A DNA stretch of 64,000 nucleotides, taken from assembly GCA_025927685.1 (NCBI GenBank), contig JAICKX010000002.1, positions 3,442-67,441 on the forward strand. The letters are read 5' to 3'. The translations under genes were made by a program, and so were the position numbers. Below are positions 1-8,639 of the stretch, in pieces; position 1 is the first letter of the stretch, and each line of letters begins with the position of its first letter. Origin of the DNA: Thermoleophilia bacterium. Lineage in GTDB: Bacteria > Actinomycetota > Thermoleophilia > Gaiellales > JAICJC01. Under the pieces are notes generated by a model. The model was not told the origin of the DNA, did not search any database, and was given only the letters and a program-made list of their open reading frames with translations.

Positions 1-939
1 GCCTATGCACAGACGTACGACCTGGGAGACAACATGTTCGCGCCGTGGAAGGGCGGAAGCTTTCCCAACAACGTCTTCTCCGTGGCGGCGCAGAGCGGCC
101 AGTACGACGCCAGCCTGGGCGGGCGGTGGATGTACGCGTCGGTGCCGAAGAGCCCGACGGTCTTTCCGCTCAACGCGTGGGGTTGCGATACCCCGCCCGA
201 CACGCTCGAGACGATGATCGACGCCGCCGGTGTGAAGAGCGGCGCGTATCCGTGCTTTGGCTTCCAGGCGCTCCCGAATGTCCTGGCGGAGAACGGTGTC
301 TCCTGGAAGTACTACGGGGACGCGTCCGACGGGCGCGTCTTCACCCACAACGGGCTCGACGCGATCGGCCCCGTCCGCAACGACCCCTCCCTGTGGTCGA
401 ACGTCGTGTCGGACACGACCTTCACGACAGACGCGTCGAGCGGCAACCTGCCGGCGGTGTCATGGGTGATCGGCCGCCAGCTCGAGCATCCCCTGAACAC
501 CACGTGCGCGGGCGAGAACGAGACGGTCAGGTACGTGAACGCCATCATGAACGGGCCGGACTGGAGCTCCACGGCCATCTTCGTCTACTGGGACGAGTGG
601 GGCGGCTTCTACGACCATGTCGCGCCGCGTCAGGTGGACGGCGTCTCCTACGGCTTCCGCGTCCCGCTCTTGATCATCTCCCCGTACACGAAGCACGGGA
701 AGAGCGCGAACGGCGGCTCGATCAGCCACACCTTCTTCACGCACCTCTCGCCGCTCAAGTTCATCGAGGACAACTGGGGCCTTCCGAGCCTCACCCCAAA
801 GGACGCGGCGGCGAACGACATGATGGGGGCGTTCAACTTCACGGGCACACAGCGGCCCGCGCTGATCCGCCAGCAGCGCACCTGCCCCAAGCTCACGGCC
901 GCCCAGCGGGCCGTGGTCGCCTCGTCGGACCCGGACTGA
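1..939 (+). CDS. Phosphoesterase-family protein (phospholipase C / AcpA acid-phosphatase type), 5'-truncated at window edge
   Basis: The frame of track ORF 34..939 stays open back to nt 1 (AYAQTYDLGDN-MFAPWKGG), so the N-terminus lies outside the window. Segments PAVSWVIG, IFVYWDEWGGFYDHV and GFRVPLLIISPY fit my memory of this family. GC3 is high. Confidence 0.7.
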   Translation, partial: AYAQTYDLGDNMFAPWKGGSFPNNVFSVAAQSGQYDASLGGRWMYASVPKSPTVFPLNAWGCDTPPDTLETMIDAAGVKSGAYPCFGFQALPNVLAENGVSWKYYGDASDGRVFTHNGLDAIGPVRNDPSLWSNVVSDTTFTTDASSGNLPAVSWVIGRQLEHPLNTTCAGENETVRYVNAIMNGPDWSSTAIFVYWDEWGGFYDHVAPRQVDGVSYGFRVPLLIISPYTKHGKSANGGSISHTFFTHLSPLKFIEDNWGLPSLTPKDAAANDMMGAFNFTGTQRPALIRQQRTCPKLTAAQRAVVASSDPD

Positions 940-960
940 CGTCTTCAGGGCGTGGTGCGG

Positions 961-2151
961 TCAGTAGCCGCTCCGTAGCGCAGCGAGCCAGTCCGGGTGG
1001 AGCGTCTGCTTGCTCGCCCGGCTGGTGAGCGCCACGCTGCCGCCGGCATATTGATGAAAGGCCCAGCCGGCCCCGTGTCGGCGAAGCGCGGCGACGGCGG
1101 CGCGGATCTCGCCGCTCATCCCCCGCGGCACAGCCGCTGCGGCCGCGCCGCGGTGGTAGATGCCGAGCTCGCCGACCCAGACGGGCACATGCCACCGGGC
1201 CGCCGGGCGGAACGAGGCGCCGAGGGCCGCGCCGGCGGATTGTCCGGGGCGCAGGTAGAGGTGAAACGAGTACACCCACCCCGGCACGCCGACCGGCTCG
1301 GGGAGCGCCGTCTCGCCGCCCGGCCCGCTGCCCGCCTGGCAGATGAGGAGCAGGTGCGGGTTGATGTGCCGAAGGCGCGCGCCCAGCTTGCGGTAGAACG
1401 GCGCGACATCGAGGCCGGGACACTTGCCGGCGCTCGGCTCGTTGAAGAGGTCGGCGCCGACGACCAGCGGGTTGGCCGCGTAGCGGCGCACCACCTTGAT
1501 CAAGGCCGCCGAGTAGCCCGCTTGCACGCCGACGGGAACGTGGGCCTCTGTGCGGTCTGCGAAGAAGTCGCATTCCGCCTGGGTCGCGCCGATGCTCGTG
1601 TCGGGATAGACCCAGGTCGGAAGGCCGGCGCCCTGGCAACGGTCGGGCGCCGGCCATTTGAAGGCGGGTGACATGTGGTTCTGGTGCATGTCGAGGATGA
1701 CGGCGACGCCGGCTCGGGTGAAGCCGGCCACCGCCCGGTCAAGCGCCGTGAGGTACGGCCGGTTCCAGCGGTGGACGACGGTTCCCGCGGGGCTCGTGTG
1801 AGGCGGAGCGGGCTCGAGGTTCGCCCAGCTGAGCCCCAGCCTGACCGAGTTGAATCCGGCGCGGGCGACGTCGCGGTACTCGGTGGGCGCGGGCAGGCGC
1901 CAGCCCTCGTCGCACGCGTCCGGATGCGTGGCGCGGTCGTTCCCGGCTCCGCTGATGAGGCCGGGCTCGGCCACTCCGAGCAGCCGCATCGTGGCGCCGG
2001 CGGAGTCCACGATCCGATCCCCGCTCGTGGCGAGACGGCTCGTGATTCGGGGCGCGCTCGCGGGTGCGGCGCGGTGGTGCGCGGAGCCGCCGCATGCCGC
2101 GACCAGCGTCAGCGTGCCGAGTACCGCCGCGGGCCAGCGGACACCGCCCAC
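961..2151 (-). CDS. Glycoside hydrolase family 5 (glycanase) lipoprotein
   Basis: Track ORF 961..2301. I place the start at in-frame GTG 2151, which gives MGGVRWPAAVLGTLTLVAAC (signal peptide plus lipobox). GH5 hallmarks are present: VILDMHQ, acid/base NEP (LFNEPS) and nucleophile GELG (VWVGELG). Confidence 0.75.
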   Translation of the reverse strand: MGGVRWPAAVLGTLTLVAACGGSAHHRAAPASAPRITSRLATSGDRIVDSAGATMRLLGVAEPGLISGAGNDRATHPDACDEGWRLPAPTEYRDVARAGFNSVRLGLSWANLEPAPPHTSPAGTVVHRWNRPYLTALDRAVAGFTRAGVAVILDMHQNHMSPAFKWPAPDRCQGAGLPTWVYPDTSIGATQAECDFFADRTEAHVPVGVQAGYSAALIKVVRRYAANPLVVGADLFNEPSAGKCPGLDVAPFYRKLGARLRHINPHLLLICQAGSGPGGETALPEPVGVPGWVYSFHLYLRPGQSAGAALGASFRPAARWHVPVWVGELGIYHRGAAAAAVPRGMSGEIRAAVAALRRHGAGWAFHQYAGGSVALTSRASKQTLHPDWLAALRSGY

Positions 2152-2224
2152 CCACGCATGGTACGTGCGCGAAACGCGGCGACACGGCAGGTCGGACGTG
2201 GCCGGGCGCCCGCCCGATCGGCGC

Positions 2225-2381
2225 AGCCGGCGGTGATCTTCGACCAGTGCACGATCGGATGGTGCGGGGCGGCGTTGCAGGGGTCGTCGAGCCGGTTCCA
2301 TGGCGTGTCGTTGAACCCGACGCTGATCAGGATGATGTCGGCGTTCGTGATGTCGCGGCGGACGCGCGCGTCGGCCGGGGA
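2225..2381 (-). pseudogene. Remnant of an SGNH/GDSL-type hydrolase gene
   Basis: A minus-strand frame reads PADARVRRDITNADIILISVGFNDTPWNRLDDPCN, a GxND block-III-like segment. It is bounded upstream by an in-frame TGA (2382-2384). There is no start codon and no GDS block in frame. Confidence 0.3.
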
Positions 2382-2573
2382 TCAGCGTGGCGGGGAGCCC
2401 ACAACGCGGAGCGGCGGTGGAGCAGGCACGCGAGCTCGTCCGACTGGCCCGCGCAAGCGGCTATAGCCATGACGAGTTGATCGGAATCGTGGAACACGCG
2501 GCGTCCTAGTCCTGGCGGCCTCGATTCCGTCGCCGCGGCGCTGAACCGCGCGTCGGTTGGAGAGGAAGATGGA

Positions 2574-2644
2574 AGCGGGCGAGGAGAATCGAACTCCCGT
2601 CTTGAGCTTGGAAGGCTCTTGCTCTGCCATTGAGCTACGCCCGC
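2574..2644 (-). tRNA. tRNA-Gly (anticodon TCC)
   Basis: The reverse complement folds as a cloverleaf: acceptor GCGGGCG/CGCCCGC, D-arm GCTC-AATGGCA-GAGC, anticodon loop CTTCCAA, T-arm GGGAG-TTCGATT-CTCCT. No CCA is encoded. Confidence 0.9.
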
Positions 2645-2703
2645 GCTCGGCCCATCTTAACCGCGGCCGATGAGTTTTCCCGGCGGCGCCGGTCAGACAA
2701 GCG

Positions 2704-3111
2704 ATGCCGAAGCCGACAAGCCGGATCCTGGCCGGACGGTGCGAGTGCCGGGCGGTGCGCTACGAGGTGGCCGACGAGTTCCGCTACGCCGCCAACTGCC
2801 ACTGCTCGAACTGCCGCGCGTCCACCGGCGCGGCGTTCAAGCCGTTCGCCGGCATCGAGCGCTCGAAGCTCGAGGTGACGGCCGGCACAGAGGCGCTCCT
2901 CGTCTGGGGCGACGACGACGCGAACCACACCCGGTGTGGGATCTGCGGGTCGCTGCTCTACTCGGTCGTGCGCGACGGCGAGTACGTCCACGTCGCGATG
3001 GGGTCGCTGGTCGACGAGCCGTCGATCAGGCCTGCGGAGCACATCTACGTCGGCTCCAAGGCGCCCTGGTTCGAGATCACGGACGACCTGCCGCAGGCGG
3101 ACGAGCTCTAG
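2704..3111 (+). CDS. GFA-family protein (glutathione-dependent formaldehyde-activating / CENP-V-like zinc domain)
   Basis: 135 aa with Cys clusters CECRAVRY, CHCSNC and CGICGS in the GFA arrangement. GC3 is high. Confidence 0.8.
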   Translation: MPKPTSRILAGRCECRAVRYEVADEFRYAANCHCSNCRASTGAAFKPFAGIERSKLEVTAGTEALLVWGDDDANHTRCGICGSLLYSVVRDGEYVHVAMGSLVDEPSIRPAEHIYVGSKAPWFEITDDLPQADEL

Positions 3112-3147
3112 ACCGCGCACGGCGCGCGCCGGCCGCCCGCTCCTAGT

Positions 3148-5049
3148 ATGGCGCCGATGACGCCCGGCCTCGAAGCGGACGCCGCCGCCCTCGGGGCCGT
3201 GGCGGCGCTCGCCGGGCTGGCGTGGATTGCGGGCTCGGCCGTGCTCGGGCCGGCGCCGGCCGCCGAACGGCTCGGAGCGGGCATCCTCTGCCTCGCGGCC
3301 GCCGCGTGGCTCGTGATGCTCCAGCCGCTGGCCGGCGTGTCGGTCGCCGGCTCGCCCTGGCTGGTGCGGATCGTCGTGGTTGCGGCGGCGGGGCTGGCCA
3401 TTTGGCGGACACGGCCGTGGCCAATTGGCCGCCCCGACCTCGGCCCTCTGGCGGCGGCCGTCGGGGCGGGCCTGCTCGTCTCGGCGCCCGCCTGGCTCGC
3501 CCCCGGCGACGACCCCCCGGCCCGGTCCACCGACATCCTCTGGCACGAGGGCTGGATCCGCCAGCTGGTGAACGGCGGCCACGCCCCCGGCGGCGTCTAT
3601 GCCGACGTGCCGAACGCCTACCCGTGGCTCGAGCACGCACTCGCCGCGCTCGTGATGTCGGCCGGCGGGCTCTCCATGACGGCGACGCTGACCGCCGTCG
3701 AGGCCCTCATGCTCGCCGCGCTCGCCGCGGGCACCTGGCTGCTCGCGGTCGAGCTCGAGGTCGGACGTGCGGCGGCGGCATGGGCGGCCGTGCTTGCGCT
3801 CGCCGGCGGCGGCATCGGCTGGATCCAGGCGGCCGGGCCGGCGGCGGTCCTCACGGCCACGCGCGCCGACCCGGCCACCACGCCCGCCGACCTCCTGCGC
3901 TTCCAGCACGGCATCGGGGCCTACGGCGGCGACCTCCTGCTCTCGCCCGCGCCGACGCCGGCCCTCGGGAACGTGCCGCCGGCCATGCCGCGGGAGCTGG
4001 GCGTCGCGCTCCTGCCGCTGGCCGCCTGGGCGGCGGTGCGGGCCGCGCACCGCGCCTCGCCGCGCTGGTGGGGAGTCGCCGGTGCCGCCGCCGGGCTGGC
4101 GGGCCTCGCGTCGCCGGTCGCCGGCATCGGCGCGGCGGTCGTCCTGCTGGCGCTCGCCGCGGCTCACCGCTCGCCGGTGGCCTGGCCCGCGCTGCCCGCA
4201 TTCGTGGCCGTCGTCCTGGTGTGGGTCGGCCCGCTCCTGTGGCACGCCGCCGACCTGGGTGGGCTCGTGAGCACCACGCTGGGGACGCCGATCGAGCCGA
4301 GCGTGCTCCAGGCGCTGGCGGCTCTCGCGGCGCTCGTCGTGCTGGCGGCCGGCGGCATCGTGGTTCTCGCCCGCAGCGGGACAGCCGACCGGCGCGCGTT
4401 CGCCGTGGCGACGGCGGCGCTCGTCGTCCCGGCCGTCCTCGCCGCGGGCATGCCGGGCCTGAACGCGGTGCCGGCGCTCACGCGGCCTCTCCACTACCTG
4501 CCGGCCGCCGCCCTCGGCCTGACACTTCCCGCGGGCGTCGCGGCTGCGTGGCTCGTGGCACGCGCGGGCCGCTGGCGCATCGCGTGCGCCGCCGCGGTGG
4601 CGTTCGCCGCTGCGGCTTCCGTGGCGACGGCGTCGGCAGGCGCCGTCGAGATGCTGCGCCGAAGCGGCGACGAGCCCGTCCTGCGTTGCTCGGGCTCGCT
4701 CGGCGGCGTGGACGGTGTCATCGCCGTCGTGGGGTCGGGGGACGTCGCACCGGGCGATCCGCTGGCGCTCACGGTCTTCGCCCGCACCGGCGCGCCGCTC
4801 CTCTACGTGCGCCGTCCGCGGATCCGCTTCCCGGACGTCTACCTGCACATCGCCCCGCAGCAGCCGCGGTTCTTCGTGCTGCGCGACATCGCGGTCGGCC
4901 GGACCGCGCCCGCGGAGGTGACGCGCGTCCTCGCCCCGGCATCCGATGCCGCGCCGCCGGGGTTCGCCGCGGGTGGCTCGTGCCGGGTGGGTGGCGTCAC
5001 GAGTGGCCGGTACCACACGCTGCCCTACCGCTGGTACGAGCGCCGCTAG
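3148..5049 (+). CDS. Large polytopic integral membrane protein, function unknown (GT-C-like architecture is only a guess)
   Basis: 633 aa with a dozen or more Ala/Leu/Val-rich hydrophobic segments. It has a loop DILWHEGWIRQLVNGGHAPGG and a soluble C-terminal part of about 130 aa. GC3 is high throughout. Confidence 0.6.
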   Translation: MAPMTPGLEADAAALGAVAALAGLAWIAGSAVLGPAPAAERLGAGILCLAAAAWLVMLQPLAGVSVAGSPWLVRIVVVAAAGLAIWRTRPWPIGRPDLGPLAAAVGAGLLVSAPAWLAPGDDPPARSTDILWHEGWIRQLVNGGHAPGGVYADVPNAYPWLEHALAALVMSAGGLSMTATLTAVEALMLAALAAGTWLLAVELEVGRAAAAWAAVLALAGGGIGWIQAAGPAAVLTATRADPATTPADLLRFQHGIGAYGGDLLLSPAPTPALGNVPPAMPRELGVALLPLAAWAAVRAAHRASPRWWGVAGAAAGLAGLASPVAGIGAAVVLLALAAAHRSPVAWPALPAFVAVVLVWVGPLLWHAADLGGLVSTTLGTPIEPSVLQALAALAALVVLAAGGIVVLARSGTADRRAFAVATAALVVPAVLAAGMPGLNAVPALTRPLHYLPAAALGLTLPAGVAAAWLVARAGRWRIACAAAVAFAAAASVATASAGAVEMLRRSGDEPVLRCSGSLGGVDGVIAVVGSGDVAPGDPLALTVFARTGAPLLYVRRPRIRFPDVYLHIAPQQPRFFVLRDIAVGRTAPAEVTRVLAPASDAAPPGFAAGGSCRVGGVTSGRYHTLPYRWYERR

Positions 5050-7472
5050 CTGCGCGCGCGCACGTGGTCGGGGTCGTAGAGCACGTCGTCGGCCACGTCG
5101 GCCCGAACGCGCTGACCCAGCACCTCGACCTCGACGCCACTCGCGCCGGGCTCGATCTCGGCCGGGAGGTACGCGTAGGCCACGTTGCGCCCGACGGTGT
5201 GGCCGAACGCGCAGCTTCGCACCCGACCGACCACTGATCCGCCCGCGTGCACGGCCTCGCCGCCGTAGAGGTTCAGGTACCTGCGCCCGCCGACGAGCAG
5301 CGTGCGGATACGCCGCTCGGGGACAGAACCGGCGGCCGCCAGCGCGTCGCGGCCGGTGAACGGGCCCTTGTCGATGGCGACGCAGAACCCGAGGCCGGCC
5401 TCGTAGGGGGTGTCGGAGGCCGTGAGGTCGGTGCCCATGTACCGGTAGCCCTTCTCGATCCGCAGGGAGTCGAGCGCGCGGTAGCCGACCGGCGCGATCC
5501 CGTGCTCTGCGCCCGCGCGGGCCAGTGCGTCCCACACCTGCACGGCCGCCTCGGGCGGGACGTAGAGCTCGAAGCCGAGCTCGCCGACGTACGTGATCCG
5601 CTGCGCGGTCACGTCGGCGCCGGCCACGACGAGCGCCCGGGCGGTCCTGAATGGGAAGGCCTCGGCCGAGACGTCGTCCTCCGTGGCGGCCTGGAGCACC
5701 GCGCGGGCCGCCGCGCCCCAGATCCCGATCACGGCCAGCTCGGCGCTCGCGTCCCGCAGGGTGACCGGCTCGTCGTCCGGCTCGACTCCGGACCGAAGCC
5801 ACCCCAGGTCGGAGTCGACGACGCCCGCCCCGGTCACGACCCGGAACCGGTCCTCGCCGAGCCGCGTGATCGTCACGTCGGCGACGATGCCGCCGCGGCG
5901 GTTCAGGAGCTGGGTGTAGATCACGCTCCCCGGCGGGCGGTCGATCCGGTTGCACGCCGCCCGGTCGAGCAGCGCCAGCGCGCCCGGCCCCTGAACCTCG
6001 ATCTTGCCGAACGACGTCATGTCGATGACGCCGACCCGCTCGCGGATCGCCTTGTGCTCCGCCGCGACCTGCCGGAACCACGGCGGCCGCGTCCAGCCGA
6101 ACTCGCGCTGGTCGGCGCCCGAGCGCCGCCAGGGCTTCCCCGGCTGGAAGTGGTCGGCCCGCTCCCAGCCGTTCTTCACGCCGAACGCCGCGCCCGCCTC
6201 CTGGAGCCGGCCGTGGAGCGGCGAGAGCCGGTTGGGGCGGCCCCACTCGTCGGTGTCGAGCGGGTAGCGCAGCCGGTAGTAGTACCTGTAGACCTCGCGG
6301 CCGGCCGCCTCGACCTGGCCCGGCGCCCGGTAGGCGGCGCCGAACCGCCACGCGCGGTAGCCCGTGACGTCGAGCTCCGTCTCGCCGCCGGTCATCCACT
6401 CGGCGATCGTCTTCCCGATCCCGCCCGCGCCGCCGAAGCCGTTCAGCGACAGGCCGGCTGCCATCCAGAAGCCCGGGGTCCCGGGCACCGGCCCGAGCAG
6501 CGGGTTGCCGTCCGGCGTCATCGCGTCCGGGTGGCAGACGAGCGCCACCACGCCGGCGTCCTCCAGGAACGGGAACCGGCGGACGGCTCCGGCCATGAGC
6601 TGGGCGAAGCGCTCGTGGTCGGGCGGGAGCGCGCGGGCCCCGTGCTCCCACGGCACGCCGTCGACCCAGCGCGCGACCGGGTCGGGCTCGTACCCCCCGA
6701 ACAGCGCGCCGCCGGCCTCCGCGCGGCCGTACACCAGGTTGTCGGTGTCGCGGAAGCACGGCATGTCGCGGGGCAGCGCGTGGCCCTCGACCGCCTCCAG
6801 CGCGATGTGCTGGTGGTCGACCGGCACCGACGGGGTGAACGCGCCCACCATTGCCGCGACCTGCGGCGCCCACATGCCACACGCGTTCACGACCGCCTCG
6901 GTCTCGATCGTCCCGGCGTCGGTCTCGACGGCCTGGACCTCCCGCCGGCGGCCGAGGCGAATCCCGGTGGCACGCGTTCGGGTGCGGATGCCGACGCCGA
7001 GCGCGCGGGCCGCGTCGGCCAGGGCGTAGGTGGCGGTGTGCGGGTCGACGCAGCCGTCGCCGTCGACCCAGACGGCGCCGTGCAGCGACTCGGGGCTCGC
7101 CTGGGGCATGAGCTGGAGCGCCTGCTTGGGGCCGACGACGTCGACGTCGAGGCCGATCCCGCGGGCCCGGCTCGCCCCGCGGCGGAGCTCCGCCAGGCTC
7201 TCCCTGCTCGAGGCGATCCGCAGGCTCCCGAGCCGCTCGAAGACGCCCAGCTCCTCGTAGAGCTCGACGCTGTAGCGGCGGAAGCGCATCATCGTCGGCG
7301 AGGGGTTGAACTGGGTGACGAGGCCCGCCGCGTGGCACGTCGAGCCGCTGGTCAGCTCGCCCTTCTCGACGAGGACGACGTCCGTCCAGCCGGCCCTCGC
7401 CAGGTGGTAGGCGACGCTGCAGCCGGTCACGCCGCCGCCGATCACGACGACCCGGGCTCGGTCACCATCCAC
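5046..7472 (-). CDS. Dimethylglycine/sarcosine oxidase-dehydrogenase family enzyme (FAD domain fused to GcvT-type folate-binding domain)
   Basis: 808 aa. The N-terminus has VVVIGGGVTGCSVAYHLA (FAD GxGxxG). The C-terminal half has aminomethyltransferase-like segments (IDMTSFGKIEVQGPGA, YVGELGFELY). Its stop shares CTAG with the convergent gene. Confidence 0.85.
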   Translation of the reverse strand: MDGDRARVVVIGGGVTGCSVAYHLARAGWTDVVLVEKGELTSGSTCHAAGLVTQFNPSPTMMRFRRYSVELYEELGVFERLGSLRIASSRESLAELRRGASRARGIGLDVDVVGPKQALQLMPQASPESLHGAVWVDGDGCVDPHTATYALADAARALGVGIRTRTRATGIRLGRRREVQAVETDAGTIETEAVVNACGMWAPQVAAMVGAFTPSVPVDHQHIALEAVEGHALPRDMPCFRDTDNLVYGRAEAGGALFGGYEPDPVARWVDGVPWEHGARALPPDHERFAQLMAGAVRRFPFLEDAGVVALVCHPDAMTPDGNPLLGPVPGTPGFWMAAGLSLNGFGGAGGIGKTIAEWMTGGETELDVTGYRAWRFGAAYRAPGQVEAAGREVYRYYYRLRYPLDTDEWGRPNRLSPLHGRLQEAGAAFGVKNGWERADHFQPGKPWRRSGADQREFGWTRPPWFRQVAAEHKAIRERVGVIDMTSFGKIEVQGPGALALLDRAACNRIDRPPGSVIYTQLLNRRGGIVADVTITRLGEDRFRVVTGAGVVDSDLGWLRSGVEPDDEPVTLRDASAELAVIGIWGAAARAVLQAATEDDVSAEAFPFRTARALVVAGADVTAQRITYVGELGFELYVPPEAAVQVWDALARAGAEHGIAPVGYRALDSLRIEKGYRYMGTDLTASDTPYEAGLGFCVAIDKGPFTGRDALAAAGSVPERRIRTLLVGGRRYLNLYGGEAVHAGGSVVGRVRSCAFGHTVGRNVAYAYLPAEIEPGASGVEVEVLGQRVRADVADDVLYDPDHVRARS

Positions 7473-7520
7473 GCGCGCACCGCTCGATCAACCGGTCTGG
7501 ACCACTCAGAGGCAGCTGAC

Positions 7521-7526
7521 TATAGT
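7521..7526 (+). promoter_or_regulatory. Candidate -10 hexamer TATAGT, about 10 nt before ATG 7536 (near-leaderless transcript)
   Basis: TATAGT is a rare AT-rich hexamer in this GC-rich spacer, and no Shine-Dalgarno lies between it and the ATG. Assigned by position only. Confidence 0.25.
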
Positions 7527-7535
7527 GGCGCGGCG

Positions 7536-8438
7536 ATGACGGACCTCGACGTGCTGTTCGACCTCGTCCCGGCGCTACGGGAGCGGGAGTCCGTGGCCGA
7601 GCTGGCCGGCGGCCTGACCAACACCAACTACAAGGTCTTGACGCCGGCGGGCGCCTACGTGGTGCGCGTCTCGGCCAAGGACTCCGGGCTCCTCGCCATC
7701 GACCGCGAGAACGAGTACCTGAACACCGTCGCGGCGGCCGACGCCGGTGTCGGGGCCGCGGTCGTCGACTACCTGCCGGAGCGGTCGCTGCTCGTGCTCG
7801 AGTTCATCGAGGGGACGACGCAGACGTCCGCGGACATGCAGCGCGGCGACAGGCTCGACTGGGTCGCCGAGGCGTGCCGGCGCCTGCACGCCGGCCGGCC
7901 GTTCCGGGACGACTTCAACATGTTCGACATCCAGCGCCGGTACCTGCAACTGGTGCAGGAGCGCGGGTTTCGCCTTCCGGAGCGCTACCTCGAGTTCGAG
8001 CCGCAGGTGCGCCGCATCGAGGCGGCGATGGCGGCCCGGGACGAGGGCACGGTGCCGTGCAACAACGACCTCCTGGCCGAGAACTTCATCGACGTCGGCG
8101 ACCGCTTCCGGCTTATCGACTACGAGTACTCGGGCATGAACGACGCCTGCTTCGAGCTCGGGAACGTCTGGAGCGAGTCGAACCTCTCGCTGCCGCAGCT
8201 CGACGAGCTCGTCGGGCACTACTACGGCGAGCACCTGGCGAACAAGGTCGCCCGGGCCCGCCTGTGGGGGCTCATGTCGAAGTACGGCTGGACGCTGTGG
8301 GCCTCGATCCAGGACGGCGTCTCGCACATCGACTTCGACTTCTGGACGTGGGGGATGGAGAAGTACGACCGGGCGGTGGCAGAGTTCGACGGCCCCGACT
8401 TCGACCGCCTGGTCGAGGACGTCCAGCGCGCCGACTAG
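7536..8438 (+). CDS. Choline/ethanolamine-kinase-like phosphotransferase (APH fold)
   Basis: ATG 7536 is in frame inside track ORF 5247..8438. A Brenner-type loop CNNDLLAENF and a choline-kinase-type motif LIDYEYSGMND are present. Confidence 0.75.
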   Translation: MTDLDVLFDLVPALRERESVAELAGGLTNTNYKVLTPAGAYVVRVSAKDSGLLAIDRENEYLNTVAAADAGVGAAVVDYLPERSLLVLEFIEGTTQTSADMQRGDRLDWVAEACRRLHAGRPFRDDFNMFDIQRRYLQLVQERGFRLPERYLEFEPQVRRIEAAMAARDEGTVPCNNDLLAENFIDVGDRFRLIDYEYSGMNDACFELGNVWSESNLSLPQLDELVGHYYGEHLANKVARARLWGLMSKYGWTLWASIQDGVSHIDFDFWTWGMEKYDRAVAEFDGPDFDRLVEDVQRAD

Positions 8439-8441
8439 AGC

Positions 8442-8571
8442 GGGGACAGTCCCTGAACGTGTGGCGTGCGGCCGGCGTGGCGCTTCCGTGACACGTCCCG
8501 GGGCCCCGCGGGCGCGGCGTGTGGCGTAGCGGGAACGGACGTGTCACGCGAGATGTTCAGGGGCTGTCCCC
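8442..8571. repeat. 130-bp nested imperfect inverted repeat (terminator-like, REP-like or MITE-like element)
   Basis: Outer arms 8442-8468 and 8545-8571 are 23/27 complementary by manual alignment (GGGGACAG[T/C]CCCTGAAC...). Inner arms CGTGACACGTCC (8487-8498) and GGACGTGTCACG (8537-8548) are a perfect 12 bp. An internal direct repeat CGTGTGGCGT occurs at 8458 and 8518. Confidence 0.6.
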
Positions 8572-8596
8572 GGGGTCGTCCGATATACTCGCGCTG

Positions 8597-8620
8597 GCCT
8601 GACTGACTCATCAGTCAGGC
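8597..8620 (+). promoter_or_regulatory. Perfect 10-bp palindrome GCCTGACTGA-ctca-TCAGTCAGGC (operator or 5'-UTR hairpin) ahead of the amine-oxidase operon
   Basis: It lies between a TATACT hexamer (8584-8589) and the SD GGAGG (8626-8630) of the TTG 8640 start. Confidence 0.4.
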
Positions 8621-8639
8621 GGCATGGAGGTGTCGCGCG

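Noticed and set aside
2667-2680. 14-mer CCGATGAGTTTTCC shared with 17389-17402
   Set aside because: The flanks do not align. A single 14-nt match within 64 kb is within chance expectation by a rough 4^14 estimate. I did not treat it as a repeat family.
2635-7338. 1567-aa minus-strand ORF (the longest in the track)
   Set aside because: Its composition is extremely Arg/Pro/Gly/Asp-rich and its third-position GC is poor. It runs antisense or off-frame through the GFA gene, the membrane protein gene and the DMG-oxidase-type gene. It is a stop-codon-poor shadow frame typical of very GC-rich DNA.
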